A stretch of 59,242 bases of DNA, counting the filler, from Streblomastix strix (lineage: Eukaryota): the NCBI GenBank assembly GCA_008636045.1. It is 3 parts of 3 records of this genome, joined end to end, with 100 filler letters (N's around TTAATTAATTAA, not from the genome) between each part and the next. Parts side by side here need not be neighbours in the genome. Positions count along the whole stretch, not along the records: positions 1 to 19,683 come from SNRW01000494.1; 2 more parts are not named here. One strand, written 5' to 3'. The stretch's first letter is position 1, and every line of letters begins with the position of its first letter. Under the pieces are notes generated by a model. It worked only from the letters and a program-made list of their open reading frames with translations, was not told the origin of the DNA and made no database searches. The position numbers and the translations under genes are program-made. Positions 1 through 14,110 of this stretch are shown piece after piece.

Positions 1-181
1 ATTAGAGGGGGTGTTTTTTGAATAATGATTCACGAAATGATAGGAAATTTATTAGGGAAAATAAAAACGCCTTTTACTCGGCTGATTCTTAATTAAACTC
101 AATATTTTTTTTATATTCATGTTTTTTTTAAATATTTTTTAGCAATAAATTAGAGGGGGTGTTTTTTTGGTGTAAATTTCA

Positions 182-239
182 ACTCGGATTTTACACCAAA
201 TGTCATGGTTACTCGGATTTTACACCAAATGTCATGGTT
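182..239. repeat. Perfect 29-bp tandem duplication near contig end
   Basis: ACTCGGATTTTACACCAAATGTCATGGTT occurs at 182-210 and 211-239. ATTAGAGGGGGTGTTTTTT is also repeated at 1 and 149. Confidence 0.9.
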
Positions 240-654
240 AGATCTAGCTAAAGTTTTAATCAAATAATTATTTATTTTATTTAAATTTATTTTGTAAATA
301 GGTTATATGCTCAATATTAATGATCAACGTTGTAAATAAGGCCGAACTGTTGCTAGATACGCAAATTTGTAAAAAAGTTGTTTTTTGCCTTAATTAACTT
401 ATATTTTTGTAGTTTAATACGTAAATATAGTATTTATTTAGATTACTTAATACTTTATAGACATTTTATATATAATACAGCTACACTATTATTAATAAGA
501 GGAATTTCTTATTAATTATTCTATTTTCTTATTTTCTAATAAACCAATCATTATTACTATTTATTTAACTTTATTATTATCATAATTATCATCATTGTAA
601 CAAACTAATTTTCTTTATTTTATTGAATATTTACTCTTTCAAGAAGATTGAATC

Positions 655-2769
655 ATGTATTCATCAATTTAATAATTGCTAAATGGATTACCATAAAATG
701 TGCTCGTTTCTGTTTGTTTGCATTTAGTTGATAAATATCATGTAAACAAAAATGATATAGAAGAAGCATTGAAGCCTTCTGAACTTGAGAGACATTAACT
801 AGATATATCAGAAAGAAATGGAACTGCTCCGACATGCATGATTGTTTAATCATCATAAGATGTATATGCATTTTTTTAATAATAATATTTTATAACATTG
901 TATCTATCATACAGCATGTTGAAAATGCATAATTATAATAAGAAGCATTATAATATAACTTGCCTGTTAAGCGCACTTAGACTATTAATGATGGGGAAAC
1001 AAAGTTATAATAAAGCAAAAAGAAAAAGAAACCCGCTCTAAATGTAAAAGAATGCAATAGAAGACACATTGCTATAAAACTTCTCTATGATGGTGAGCAT
1101 TATAGTGGATTAGCGATACAACTTCACACTAAAGAAACAATTGAAGAAAAGATATTTGATGTTCTCCAAAGAACAAAACTAATATTTGGTGGATCTAAGG
1201 AATGTTTTTGGGCCAAATGTGGGAGGACCGATGCTGGTGTCAGCAGTTTTGGTTAAGTTGTATCACTTTTCATACGATCTACTCTTCCTCTTGGCTCTTC
1301 TAATGTTTATCCACCTTATAATGAGAATGAGACTTATGCTAATTATGTAAGACCAAATATATAAGATAAAATCAAATCACTTGAATCATCTTAGATTCCT
1401 TAACCACCTCCAGTTAATACACAATTAACATAAATAGATCCACATTATGATGAACTTGACTACATTCAGATACTTAATGGTACTCTTCCTCCATCAATTC
1501 GTGCTCTTGCTTGGACTGACATGCCAAATAATTTCAATGTCAGATTTAGTTGTGATTTTCGTGTTTACAGATATTTCTTCTGTAAAGGGAACTTAGATAT
1601 TGATGCAATGATTCATGCTGCACATTTATTTGTAGGTGACCATAACTTCAGATTTTTATGGTATTATTTTTTTTTCTATTTTTTTTTATATCCTCAAATT
1701 ATCTGATAGTAAAATAGATAAATTCAACAAGAAAAAAGAAGATGAAGGAAACTAAGTGAGTTACAGAAGAATCATTTATTCTGCTGATATACTTCCTGTT
1801 ACTTAATTCTTATTCAATGAAAATTAATAATTATAAAAGAAAGACATGATGTAATCATCCTAATCATCTTTTTCACAAACTCAAATACCAAATTTAAATG
1901 AAACTGACATTCAAAAGAAAACATCTATCTAAGAATTGCTGAATATTTATGAACTTCGTGTTGTTGGTCAAGCTTTTCTATATCATTAAATCAGATGTAT
2001 GATGAGTGTATTATTCAGAATAGGCCTTGGTATAAACAATGAAACTTTGATCTATAAATTATATGAAGCTGCAGAAAAATATGAAGTAACTCATAGTGAA
2101 AATAATACTGAATTGAAAGATATTGATGAATCTTAGGATGAAATAAACAATAAAATTTAAGTGAATTAGAATTTATTGATAAAAAATGAAGATGATTAGC
2201 ATTCATAATTATAAAATAAAGCAAAAATTGAATAATCAAATGGAAAAATTATGTAAAAAGATGAAAAAATTGTCCAAACACACATGAAATAATCCGACAA
2301 ATCATCAAAATAAAACAAAATCAATTAAAAAGCTGTTAATTCTAATATTGGCGTTTCAAAGCAAAAATAACAGAAAGATAATGATTTGACTCCATAATAT
2401 GAATTGGCTCGTGAATAACCACTTTGTTTGTGGGATTGCTAATTTCAACCATTGCAATTTGTTCGCTCAAAGCACCATATCAAACGAATCCTTTAAGAAC
2501 TTTCTGTTTAAGCAAGCTACTTGGCTGTCAAACTTGTGATGATTTATGAATAAATGAGGAATATGTGGGAAGGTGATTGTTCGGATATTTTGGATGATGA
2601 ATCAGAGATTGATGAAGAAATTAATACAGAACAAATGAAAAATAATGAAAAACACGATAGAAAATAGCGTAGAAAAGGAAAGGTGCTATTTTAACCCTTC
2701 TATTAATATAACGATGTGGAATTACCAAGTTTTGCTGATAATAACCAGCTTCATCCAATCAATTTGTGA
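655..2769 (+). CDS. PUS3: tRNA pseudouridine 38/39 synthase (TruA family, Pus3/Deg1-like)
   Basis: With TAR=Gln the motifs are HIAIKLLYDGEHYSG, CGRTDAGVSSFGQV (catalytic Asp), RVYRYFF, HNFRFLCKID, GQAFLYHQIRCMMSVLF and PQYELAREQPLCLWDC. GT-AG introns lie at 862-914 and 1661-1709. ATG is at 655 and TGA at 2767-2769. Confidence 0.93.
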
Positions 2770-2941
2770 AGAAATGTTTTTTATTTATTTGAAAAAAAAA
2801 TCAAAAATAAATAAATACACAAGAGTGAAGTTAATAAATCTGATGATCCTCATTAATTATGTCATATAACAATAATAAAATATTATTCAAATAAAAATGC
2901 GATAAAATTACAATTTTTGTTGATATATTGCTCTGTTTGAG

Positions 2942-5900
2942 TCAAGACCATTCCTTGTTATTTTAAAAAGTTTCATTTGCTATTTCATTTTTGCTTTGGT
3001 TGCCTTACTCAGAATTTATTGTGTTATTTGTCGTAGTATTTTGTGTTTGATCCTAATCTTAACTATTTTCTTGTTCATCATTCTTTTTTACAGGTTTAGT
3101 AGAGAAAACTGAATTGAGAAATACTGAAAATTATTCACGTGTCTTAGAAATAGCTTCAGTTACAGAAGGCCAACCTGCATTTGATGGTTGTGTTGTTGAT
3201 GAAATTGATTCAGTTTCAGTTGTTTCTGCTTCATTTGTATCACTCGAACTATGGCTACTATTTGATTATCTTGAACGAACTGATGAATCTGATGAAATGG
3301 AAGATGTTGATGAGAATGAATCCTTGGTTGGTGTCTTCTTAAATGGTGTGAAAAATGAATGTGCAGCAGAAAATAGGCTTCTAAATTGTGGATTTTATTG
3401 CTATTTAGGAGTGTTTGATTGCATTGGAGATATAAACACATTTTGAGAGATACTTCCAACAACTGATGGTGAAGTGATCCTGGGAAGTGGAGATTGAAGT
3501 GATTAAGAAGAAGTATTCTATATCTGAATTGACTGCATGAAAGGAGCAACTTATTAATCTAAATGATAAACACTCAAAGATGAGCTTGAATCTGATCCAG
3601 TATATGAATCATCCAATAACAAACTATCAGATGATCCAGAAGATAATTGTGTCGAATATGATGATGGAGTTGATGATATAAATGATGTTGATGTGCATGA
3701 ATCTGTAGAAGGAGATCGATGCTTATCTTTTTATCTTTATTTTTTATCATGAAGCAAATCTTAGTGAATGTGATTATGATGATCGAAATCATGATGTTAA
3801 TCTTATGTTGTTGAATTATACTTCTATATTTTTTCATTTTCATTTTATAATTCTTAGTCATATAACAAAGGTTTAAGATTTTCATTCAAATTAATTTTAT
3901 CTTTTTTCTTCAAATTCAATTATTCTTTTTATTTAAATTGTTTTTCTTAAGGTGAATATCCTTTTCTATTCCAATCCTACCAATTCTCTTTTATTTCTTT
4001 TTCTATTCCACCAGAAACATTTTATTTTTCTGCATTTGTTATATTTTACTTATTTTATTTTCGTTATTATTATAATATTTAATTCTTCTGCTATATTATT
4101 TCTTCCTCATTTATATTCTATTCAATTTAATCCATATTATTTTTATTTAATTTTTATTTCCTTCCTTATTTTGAATCTTTTCTCTTCTTTTTCTATTTTT
4201 TCTTCTTTTCAACTATTTTCTCTTTCTTTCTTATTTTCCTTTCTTCCTCTTCTTTAATCTTCACTGCATATAATTCCTCTAATGCTGTTGATGCTATTTT
4301 GATCAGATTCAAAAACTCTGGATCCAGATTTGGGATTGATGATGAACTATTCTTAGTGAGTTCTTCTGATATAGTTGATGCATTCTTATTTAATGAAACT
4401 ATTTATTATTAATTTAAATTGGTTGTATTTGAATTGTTTGTGTTTTCTTTTTGAGATGATGATTATTAAGATGAGGATGATTGTTATTGAGATGATGATG
4501 AAGGTTACATAGATGAAGAATGAGTTAATTTATGATTTGTTCCTTAATTATTCTGAGAATAAATAATAATAATAAGAAATATAAAAATAAATATCAGTAT
4601 AATATATAATAAATATTTGTAATTAAACCTTAAATCCAAATTCATCATTTAAAGGAGGACATGAATGAGATGAAAGAGAAGGAGATGATTAAGATGATGG
4701 ATTTGAATCAGGTGAATCACTTCTACCAAAATGATTAGTCTTCATATTATATCCTGATGCATCACCTCTTTATCTAAATGAACCTCCACTACTATTCTTC
4801 TTCTTATCTTTCTATTTAACCAATTCAATCTTCTTCTTCTTCTCTTCCTTATCTTCATCTTCATCTTTCTCTTTCCTCTAATACCATTCTTACCATCTTT
4901 TCTTCAATCCTTTCTTCATTGATCCCATTTTGAGTGAGTGATGATGGTTATGGTGATGTCTTTTAGTTATATAGCTACTACTGAATCCAGGTTATGATCT
5001 GCATTCTTATGGATTCTACTCTTTAATTAATGGAGAGAGAATCTTCTTATTTTACTCTATTTGAGATTTTGGTGTCATTGTTTTATCTGATCCTTTCAGA
5101 AGTTTCTTCTATGATGGAGAAGAGAGAATATATGTTTCACGTTATCCTTCTCTCCAAAGATCATTTAATTCATCAATCCAACCATTAATCTAACATATTC
5201 TCTCAACAGCTTCATCTGAATCACCCAAATACATAAATGACAGATAAGTAGGTTCATTTACTTCTTCATTCTCATTTCCATACTATTCCCATATATTTCT
5301 CTCATTCCTTATACCAAGATTAGATCATGGACCCTGGACTGGATATCTCGATCTATGATAAACTCTTTCTTATTATTATCTGTGATTCTACAATGGACGA
5401 ATTGGGAAGAAGAGACCAGGTGCTTATTTGAGTGTAGAAAGGACCCTCCATATAAATGCCATCCATGATTTGATTTCAGCCCATCTGGATCTTTATTGAT
5501 TCTATTCATCATATGATATGGATTATAGAGATGAAGAAAGAGTATTACGTCTTGAGTCTTATAGTTCTTTTCTTTTTATGGCCTTCCTTTCAGATATTGT
5601 ATTATGAGCATGAGATGATGAAGTTAACATTGATGGTGGGTCACTCATTGCACTCTTATCTGATATATTAATATTCCTCTAAGGACGTGAAGGCACTGTA
5701 TGTGTCTTATTAATCACAAGCCTTGGGACTGTTTATTCAGCACGGAAGTACAATGATGCAAAAGGTTGAACTACAAGAGATGTTCCAATTACAATAACAA
5801 GATCACAATTTTAGAAATCAACAACTTGAGATGAAAAGAAGGAAGCTGGAAATAATGCTTCACCAAATAGAACTACATCTGGCTTTATAATACCACCACA

Positions 5901-6440
5901 TTTAGTGCATGTTGGTATATGTTCAGGATCAATGTTTAATTCATTTATTAGAAAACTGAATTCATAAGATTCTTTGCAATCTATACAATGTGATGTTTTC
6001 AGTGATCCATGTGCTTCTATAACATGTGAAGATGGAACTCCTGCTTTCTCTTCAAGACCATCAACATTCTGAGTATAATTCCTTACAAGTAAACCTTTAT
6101 CATATAATAATCGTATAAAGTAATGTGTAAGAGTTGGATGAGCTCTTCCAAAAGATTTCTTAATGAAAAAACGCAAAAATGCAAAAAATGGTCTCGGATT
6201 GCTTCTGAAATATTATAGAGAGAAAATATTCTCACCGAAAGGGATCCTGCTGTATAGTCCGGTACCAGGTGAGCGGAAGTCGGGTATTCCTGCATTGACT
6301 GATATACCTGCTCCACTTAAAATAACAACTCGTTGGAAGCGTCTACCCAAACCCAATGCAATATCATCGAATGTTAAATTGGCAGGGACAGCACCAGCAC
6401 TTCTACCGAGAATGTTCAGAAGACTCAATCGTTAACCCAT
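2942..6440 (-). CDS. Class I sirtuin (SIRT2/Hst2-like NAD-dependent deacylase) with long low-complexity C-terminal tail; one in-frame TGA
   Basis: Motifs are [35 protein letters not shown], two CxxC pairs, [27 protein letters not shown] and terminal [25 protein letters not shown] is at 6440, an intron at 4553-4628, an in-frame TGA at 5325-5327 and the stop at 2942-2944. Confidence 0.88.
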
Positions 6441-6755
6441 CGCCAATACTTTAATAAATTATATAATAATAAAAAATAATAATAAATTGTTGTTTTCAGT
6501 GTGAAAAAGCATGTGCAATTTTATAAGTTGTTTACAGGATATTTTTATTCATTTGCAAAATAAATATAATATAAATATATTTAGCTATTAAATAATAAAT
6601 GAATATGGTAATATTGTTATATATTTGACTTGAAAATCGGCTATCAATAATTTTCCCAAGTTTATCATCAAAGAACAAATCATTATATTTATTAATATTT
6701 TGAAGAATAACAAATAAAGATACGACAAGTAAAATAACTTAAATTGTTATTTTCC

Positions 6756-8443
6756 TCAGTTTTCAAAAAGATTTGTTCAATTCTTTTACCAACATACTGG
6801 CTTTGAGTCTCACACGATGGGGATGTGCATTTTAACTATGAAATTATAGAGCATCGCAATCGACTACTGTTCCTTATTCCTCCATCCTCTCTTAAATATC
6901 TTCAAGAATGTATTTTATAATTTGATTTTCCTTTCCTTACTTTCTAATTGACTGATGCAATTGGCGAAATGATTCTAAAGTCTCACTCGTTTATTTCATT
7001 CTTGAATTTGGATCTAATTTTTCCTCTTCGTTATTATCTTCATTTCTTTTATTTTAATCTCCAGTATAAATAGTACAACAAATGGATTCACAAATAGCTT
7101 CTGTCACACCAGATGTTGATGCAAGAATTTCTTTTACAATAATTGATCCTTAAGATTATATTGAATTTAAAACATCCAAGCTTATTTACCTGATTTTCAA
7201 CTACATTAAAGAAGGATCAATATTATATGCAGCTTAAAATATATTATTTTTGTTTGATTATATATGAATTCGAGCAAGAGCAGCAATACTTTATAGTAGA
7301 TATGGAGTTATAGAAATTGTTTAAACGAATGGAATATTATGATAAAGAAGAGATAAAAGCAAAATTAACGCAGATTCTATATAATGAGTTGGAAATAGTA
7401 AATTTAGATGTGAAGTTTCTGTTGTTGCAAGAGAAATAACTGTGTATTAATTATCATCAATTTAGTTTTATTTTACTTCTCTTAGTACTAACAATTATTC
7501 TTTTTGATAATGTTTAACAGATTGTGTTATAATGTTGATTATTTTTTCAAGAATTTATGACTTTTCTTACAGAATATTTTATTTTATATTAACATTGTCC
7601 AGAGCAATGCTTGAAAGTAAGCGCATAGCAGATGATGCTATTTCTATGGATGGATAAAGTACATAAGGTTAAATTGCTTAATGAAGCTATCTCTCTCCAA
7701 ATTCATATCTGTTATCTTATGAAAAAATACAAATAAATTATTATTAAAATGAATAAGAAAAAAAGTATACCCCAATCTTCTGCTAGACAACTTATGGACA
7801 TAAGTGCTAATTATATGTTCTATTCATTTAAATTTATACTTCTGATATTTTCATTCACTAAATTATCCTTATCTTTTTTACTCAATATTTTCATAAAAAT
7901 TTCAAGTAATCTATCTATTGTTTAAACGTGTATAGAGATGCTCTTTTTAGTGAGAGAATAAATTACAGCACTGTGAAATATGATATTTTCATCCTAATTT
8001 GTAGGTCCTTATACCATTATTAAGTTTTTAATCTTCCTCATCATATAAGTTTTTTCAAAAATATTACCAAATTTATTTTCCATAGAAATATGAACAATAA
8101 ATGAGCCTCTTAATAGCAAATATTCGCTTATATCAATACTTATTTCATTGAATTTTTAATCTATCCATTTAATTAGAACAGATTTTTCACCTAAAGCATC
8201 TTACAACCATTTCTCTAACTTTCCTTTGTTAATTTTATTTCCTTCTACAATTAATTATATATCTTAGTCGTTCATATGACATAGATTATTCTTAATATTT
8301 TCAATTTAATTGTTAATCTCATTTTCATCTTATTCAAATCCAATTAAAAGTTCTTATACAAGTAATTCAGCCTAATCAACTAAAGATGTATCTTCGTTCT
8401 CTGAAAATCTCGGTCGTTTTATTAGATTTTTTGTTTATTCCAT
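6756..8443 (-). CDS. Hypothetical alpha-helical (ARM/HEAT-like) protein
   Basis: The frame is open from MEQTKNLIKRPRF with TAR=Gln. Introns lie at about 7709-7770 and 6900-6940. The C-terminus is IQERMEEQGTVVDCDALQF...KELNKSFEN*. The fold assignment is inferred from the helical, Leu/Ile-rich pattern. Confidence 0.6.
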
Positions 8444-8943
8444 TATTTTCTAATATTTATCTAAATTAAAAAATAAGAAATAAGAAAAAAATTTGTTGAA
8501 ATTAAAGCAGAAAATTAAAAATATGTTTATGCATCTGTTTTATAACTTGAGATCAGTAATTTGTTTGTATTTAACATTGATTGGATAAATAAATATGAGC
8601 AATAAATGATTTTCTAATAAATAATCTGTTTAATACCTGTAATAAACAGGATGTGAACGATAAATTTTGATATTGGAAATAAATTTTTGGAATTCATTAA
8701 TAATTATATATTAATAGATTTTTCTAATAATATCATATAGTTCTAATTAATCTAACTATAATTATAACTACGTTTTTTAGCTAATGCATCTAAAATAACT
8801 GCGTCAAACGAAACATAAATAAAATGCTGAATATTTGACCACCCTTATCGTATTTCTTAATTTTATGATTTTTAGTTTAGCAAAATACACATAATAATTG
8901 TATTTGATAATTTTTAAGTATATTATTTCATATTTTAAAGTAA

Positions 8944-10001
8944 ATGTCAGCTTAACATGAAAGACTTCTGATATAGGGACCAGGTTTGTTTCATTTACTT
9001 TTTCTTTTTTTAGTATAATTTTTCATTAGAGCATCTTGGACCTAAAAATTATTAAGATATGATAGATGGAAAGGCATATTATGGGTAGAATAAGCTTTTT
9101 TTTACCATATGATATAATTTTACATATATTGTTGTAGTCTTGACCCATATCTTGTTTCTAAGCGAGAAATTTGTTAATATGAGTTTCTTCCTGTGGTATT
9201 TTGATTTTATTTCCAAACTATCTTTTTACTAAGTTCTTCTGATTCAGCTTAATGGAGTGATGACTGATTAGACAAAAACAGCAAAAGAGAAAGTTGAAAT
9301 TATAAATAATCTCCTTCACAAATATTTGGGTCACATTGGATAGAACACAACTCTAATTCCTCCCCTTCAAGCAGACTATGGATTCCACACGTCCATTGGA
9401 GACGGGTGTTTCATCAACATGAACGCCGTTTTCCTCGATACAAACAGAATCAGTTTGGGAGACAGAGTGATGCTTGGTCCAAACGTGTCTCTTATCACTG
9501 CAGGGCACCCAACGGTTATATTTATTCATAATACAAATTGTAACGTTATTTTGTATTTTAGAGAGAAAGAGACAGATCAACAATACCTGACTAACTAGAA
9601 AATTTGGAATTTGCTCTCCCAATTACAATTGGAGATGGAGCCTGGGTTTGTTTTTCAAATTAATTACCAAATATTTCATTGTCCTAAATTTTTAATTAAT
9701 TAAGTTGGGAGCAAATGTGATAGTTCTTCCTGGAGTTACCATAGGTGAGAGAGCTGTTATAGGAGCTGGGAGCGTTGTTACTCATGATGTACCTCCAGAT
9801 ACGATTGTTGCTGGAAATCCTGCACGTTTCTTAAAGAAAATCGATTAAAGTGAAATATTGAGTGATGAAACTTTGAAAGAACTGGAAGCAACAATTAACA
9901 ACCCCAAAAGTACGCCGAGTAGCAAAATTGTTGCTCAGATGACACTTGAAAACTAACATAAAGCAAGATTAGCAAGATAGAAACAAGACGAATAGAAATG
10001 A
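8944..10001 (+). CDS. Maltose/galactoside O-acetyltransferase (left-handed beta-helix hexapeptide family)
   Basis: Spliced translation (about 5 short GT-AG introns) gives [101 protein letters not shown]. Confidence 0.9.
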
Positions 10002-10303
10002 TGTTATAAGTAAGTTTTTCATATTTATGTTAATAAAAATCATTCTCTAACTTTTTAACTATTTATGATCAATCAATTTAAATACTTTTAAAATCATATA
10101 TCATATGTTCTTATATTTTCTTATATCATAAAACATTTAAAAGCATTATTTATTACTGGAATAATAAGTGTGAACTTTACAAAATTTTCAGTTTTATATA
10201 CAATCAACAGTATAATATATTAATAATTAATTTCAAATTAAATCATATTTTACATCTATTTGACATATATAAACCTATATTTGTTTCATTTTCATGCTGT
10301 TGG

Positions 10304-13300
10304 ATGCTAAATATTTCAAATTGGCTTTTCAGTGCTCCTCATTTATTTAACATATTTATTTTTATTATTATCATCTTTGAAGACATTTAAGATTAATTAT
10401 AGTATATGCAAGTAATATAATAATTGAAGGAAGCTGGAGATAGTTCTGCAGATAAACAATTAATTCTAAAACAGTACGAAAGCAATGTATTTGAGTACAG
10501 AGTTCCATAAATATGGAAAGTTTGATATTATTTTCATTTATTCATAATTTTTAATGTAATTCTCTTTTTTAATACTATAGGACTATGCTGAACTATAAGA
10601 AAGAACTTTTGATTGGAAAAGTTTATCACTAACAGATCTTGGATAAGCTGTTCAACAAGTCCGAAATATTTATGAACGCGGCATTTCTCAGTGTGGTCTG
10701 TTTTATGACAGTGCTCATGTTCTATGGCGTGCATATCGTGAGTTTGAACAAAGAATATTAATACAATTGAAGAATTTAGATTTGGAGAATAGTAAAGTTG
10801 AGAATTAGATTGAAGTAATAAGACAAATTTATTACCGCTAATTGCAACTGCCAATGAAATTTCTATTTAATGCATTTATTGATTATCATTAATGGGAACA
10901 GTCATTAAATCAAACACAAATTAATTCAGATAAATAAATAACATTAGGAGAAGATTAAGATGTAATGCATGAATAATATAAAGAAGCAAAGACTGCACAA
11001 TATCCAATTATACCATTATTTAACAGAGCTAGATATGGATATAAGTATATTGAATAATATGAAAAGTAATTAATTGATGCAAATGAAGATAATCCCATGA
11101 AGAATATTTGGATTGAATATATTGATGCTGAAAAGAATAGAACAATTGAATAAAATAGTAAAGGAGGTTAATCTGTTATTTCAAAGACATAAAGAATAAT
11201 TGCTCTTTTTGAAAGGTTTTACTTTTTATACATATATATTAATTTAATATATTTATTTATTATTCTTTTTATATATTCATATAAATAATAATTAATTAGA
11301 TCATTATGGGTATTATATAGAGATGAAGATATATGGATTAGATTTATAGACTTTATATCATTTGATTATTAGGATATGGAGATTGCATTCTGTCGTGCAT
11401 AAGATAAATAAAAGAAAGAATATGAAAGTATTAATTAAGGAAAGAATTAGAAATCAGGAGGAAAAGGAAATGTTTCTAATTAATAGAGAGCAAATATTAA
11501 ATTATTTATAACAAATACAACCAATGAATTATTTCATAGATCATTTAGTAGTTGCAAGAGAAGCAGTGCTTTAATTGTTAGATTTATATAATATATTGAG
11601 TCATAAGGATCAATGTACCCATCATAAGCATATCCAGATAAATAAATTATAACTTCAATTATTGAAGAAATTAAATCTTCATAATAATAATAATAATAAT
11701 CATCTTAATCATCCCCCACTTCCAATATTTCTTAATTAGGATAACTTGAGACTATAATTGTATAATCATTGTAGAACATTCCAGGATCAAATGGATTAAA
11801 ATCAAAGAAAAGATATTCTGATTGTTCCAGAAAACCAGTTCCTATTCCAAATGAAGATTCCAGATCAGATATTCTCATTGCATATTTGGGATACAAAATA
11901 AGATTTGATATTCATAATTGGATTGAATCGACTAATGATGATGTTGATGATGACAATTAGAAGAGATATATAAATGAAGAAGAAGATGATGAATTAGATG
12001 AAGATGAAGAATTGGATGAAAAAGGATTTCCTTTGAAACCAAACCCCAGAAAAAGAAAAAGACTTAGTGAAAAAGATGAAAAAGATGCTTTGAAAGACAA
12101 AAATGATGGTTCCAAAGCTAAAGATAAATAATCAGTTAAGCAAAGTAAACAAAATAAAAAGAAATAAAAGAAATTCAAATTAGATTAAAGTGACCCATCT
12201 TCATTTATATTCCACAATTTCACTACTCCTCCTCCATATCAAATTATTCAATCTATTCTTTCTGCATTTTAGTTTTGTGATACAATTGCATCACTATCTA
12301 ACAATGCTGATCCATTATTAAGAATAGAGAGACTTAAATGTTTCATTTTGGGTGCTCTGATCAAAGACATTAAAGCTATGCGTGAGTCTTATAAATAACT
12401 TTAGTCAAGTGTTGGTCGTATTTGTGCAGATGTTTATATTGAAGCTTCTCAATTGGAAGAGTAATTTGGAGATGAGAATATTTGTGGTCGTATTCTTTAG
12501 AGTGGAGTTTAATTTGGAGTTGAAGGAGTTGATAGAATTGGATCTGCTTGGATTACATTTGAATAATAACATGCAAGATCGCCTGATGATGTGGCTAAGT
12601 TTGATTATTAATTAATTAAATATTTCATTCAAATATTGTTTTATATTCCTAATATATTATTTATTTAATTTCAGAGCTCAGCATCGTGTTCGTGAGAGAT
12701 TAGATGATATTACTCGTATTAGAACAGAGAAGGAGAAAGAAAATCAAAGAAGAATTGAAGAAGAAGAAGAAGAAGAAGAAGAAGAAGAAGAAGAAGAAGA
12801 AGAAGAAGAAGAAGAAGAAGAAGATTAAATTGATAATATTGATGATGTTGAGAAGAATAATAATAAAAAGAAAGGAAAATAAGATAGAAATGAGAAAGAT
12901 AGAAAGAATGAGAAATCCCAGTTTGGATCAAAATAATCTGGTAAACTAATGGATAAAGATCCAATATCATAAAAATCAGAATCAAAATAGAAATAGAAAG
13001 GAAAGAAATAACCAAAGAAGATTATATTCAAAGATGAAGAAGAAAGAAAACCATTTGATGTTGAAATACCGAAAGAATTGTTAAAATAAACTAAGATGAT
13101 TAAAGATAAAGAAAATAAAACTAAAAATGAATTAAATGAAGAAGAAGATGAATTAAACAATAATGAAGAAGATGCTGATGATTCTGAAGATGAAGAAAGT
13201 GAAATAAACAAATTAGACAATTAGAATAAATAAGTGAAGAGTTAAGAAGGAAGTGTAGCTGACTTTATTTCAATTAATATAGATATTAATTTCACAGATA

Positions 13301-13821
13301 AGAATACTCTATTTGTAAGACGTATTCCTAACAGTGCATCAGAAGACAAATTAAAAGCACTATTTGGCAATGTCCCGATCAAAGAGATTCGTTTGCTTAG
13401 AAAGCCAGATGGTAATCTCAAAGGTATTGGATACATTGAGTTTAATACTGAAGATGAATGTGCCAGAGGATTAAATGCAGTAAAAGGAAAAGTTATTGAT
13501 GGAGTAGTTCCTGTATTTGCTTATAGTAGACCTCGTGAACCAGATTAATAGAAGACAACAATATCAGCCAGAGCTCGGCACTTCAGAGAGGATGTTGTTG
13601 GTGTGCAGTAACATGGACACGGGAAAAGAGGGAAGAAAGGATAATTCTAGTATATTGGGAAATAAGAAATTAAATAGGATTAAGATGTGGAGAAATAGGA
13701 TGAAAAACAAGGGTAAGATGAGATAGAAAATAAACCAGCAGTAGTAAAGCCTCCCTTCAAGCCAAAAATGATCCCAAGAGGTGTAATGTCATTAACAATG
13801 AAAAAGCGCATTAATATTTGA
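10304..13821 (+). CDS. SART3: SART3/Prp24-like U4/U6 recycling factor (HAT repeats plus C-terminal RRM)
   Basis: HAT-like segments are VRNIYERGI, HVLWRAYREFE, IRQIYYRQLQLP and IWIEYIDAE. The RRM reads NTLFVRRIP...KGIGYIEF, followed by MIPRGV near the C-terminus. Introns lie at about 10520-10580, 11216-11299 and 12599-12674. TGA is at 13819-13821. The start codon is uncertain. Confidence 0.75.
12757..12822 (+). repeat. (GAA)n microsatellite encoding poly-Glu in the SART3-like CDS
   Basis: About 22 GAA units, in frame. Confidence 0.9.
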
Positions 13822-14110
13822 TAAATAATACAAAAATTTGATTTATTCGTGTTTCATATCAGCCACTCCTAAGCCCGAGATTTGTCACCATAGAGGGATT
13901 CTTGAACTTTGGTATTTTGCAAAATTGCAGCTTTACTGCCGTTGTTTAGAATTAATTAAAATACTAGCCTTATATATTCATTTTAAAATACACCTTTATT
14001 TGCAATCTAGCGTAATAACCGAGTTTTCAATTCGAACGAATTTTAACCTATCTCGCTACTTGTATATATATTTATATTATTATGTTTTTTAAAATATAGG
14101 CTATTTAGCA

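Noticed and set aside
182..239. 29-bp repeat as a CRISPR array
   Set aside because: Two adjacent copies with no spacer, no cas genes and a eukaryotic context.
2887..2941. Alternative sirtuin stop at 2887
   Set aside because: After the 76-nt intron the frame terminates at 2942-2944. The TGA at 2887 is in a different frame.
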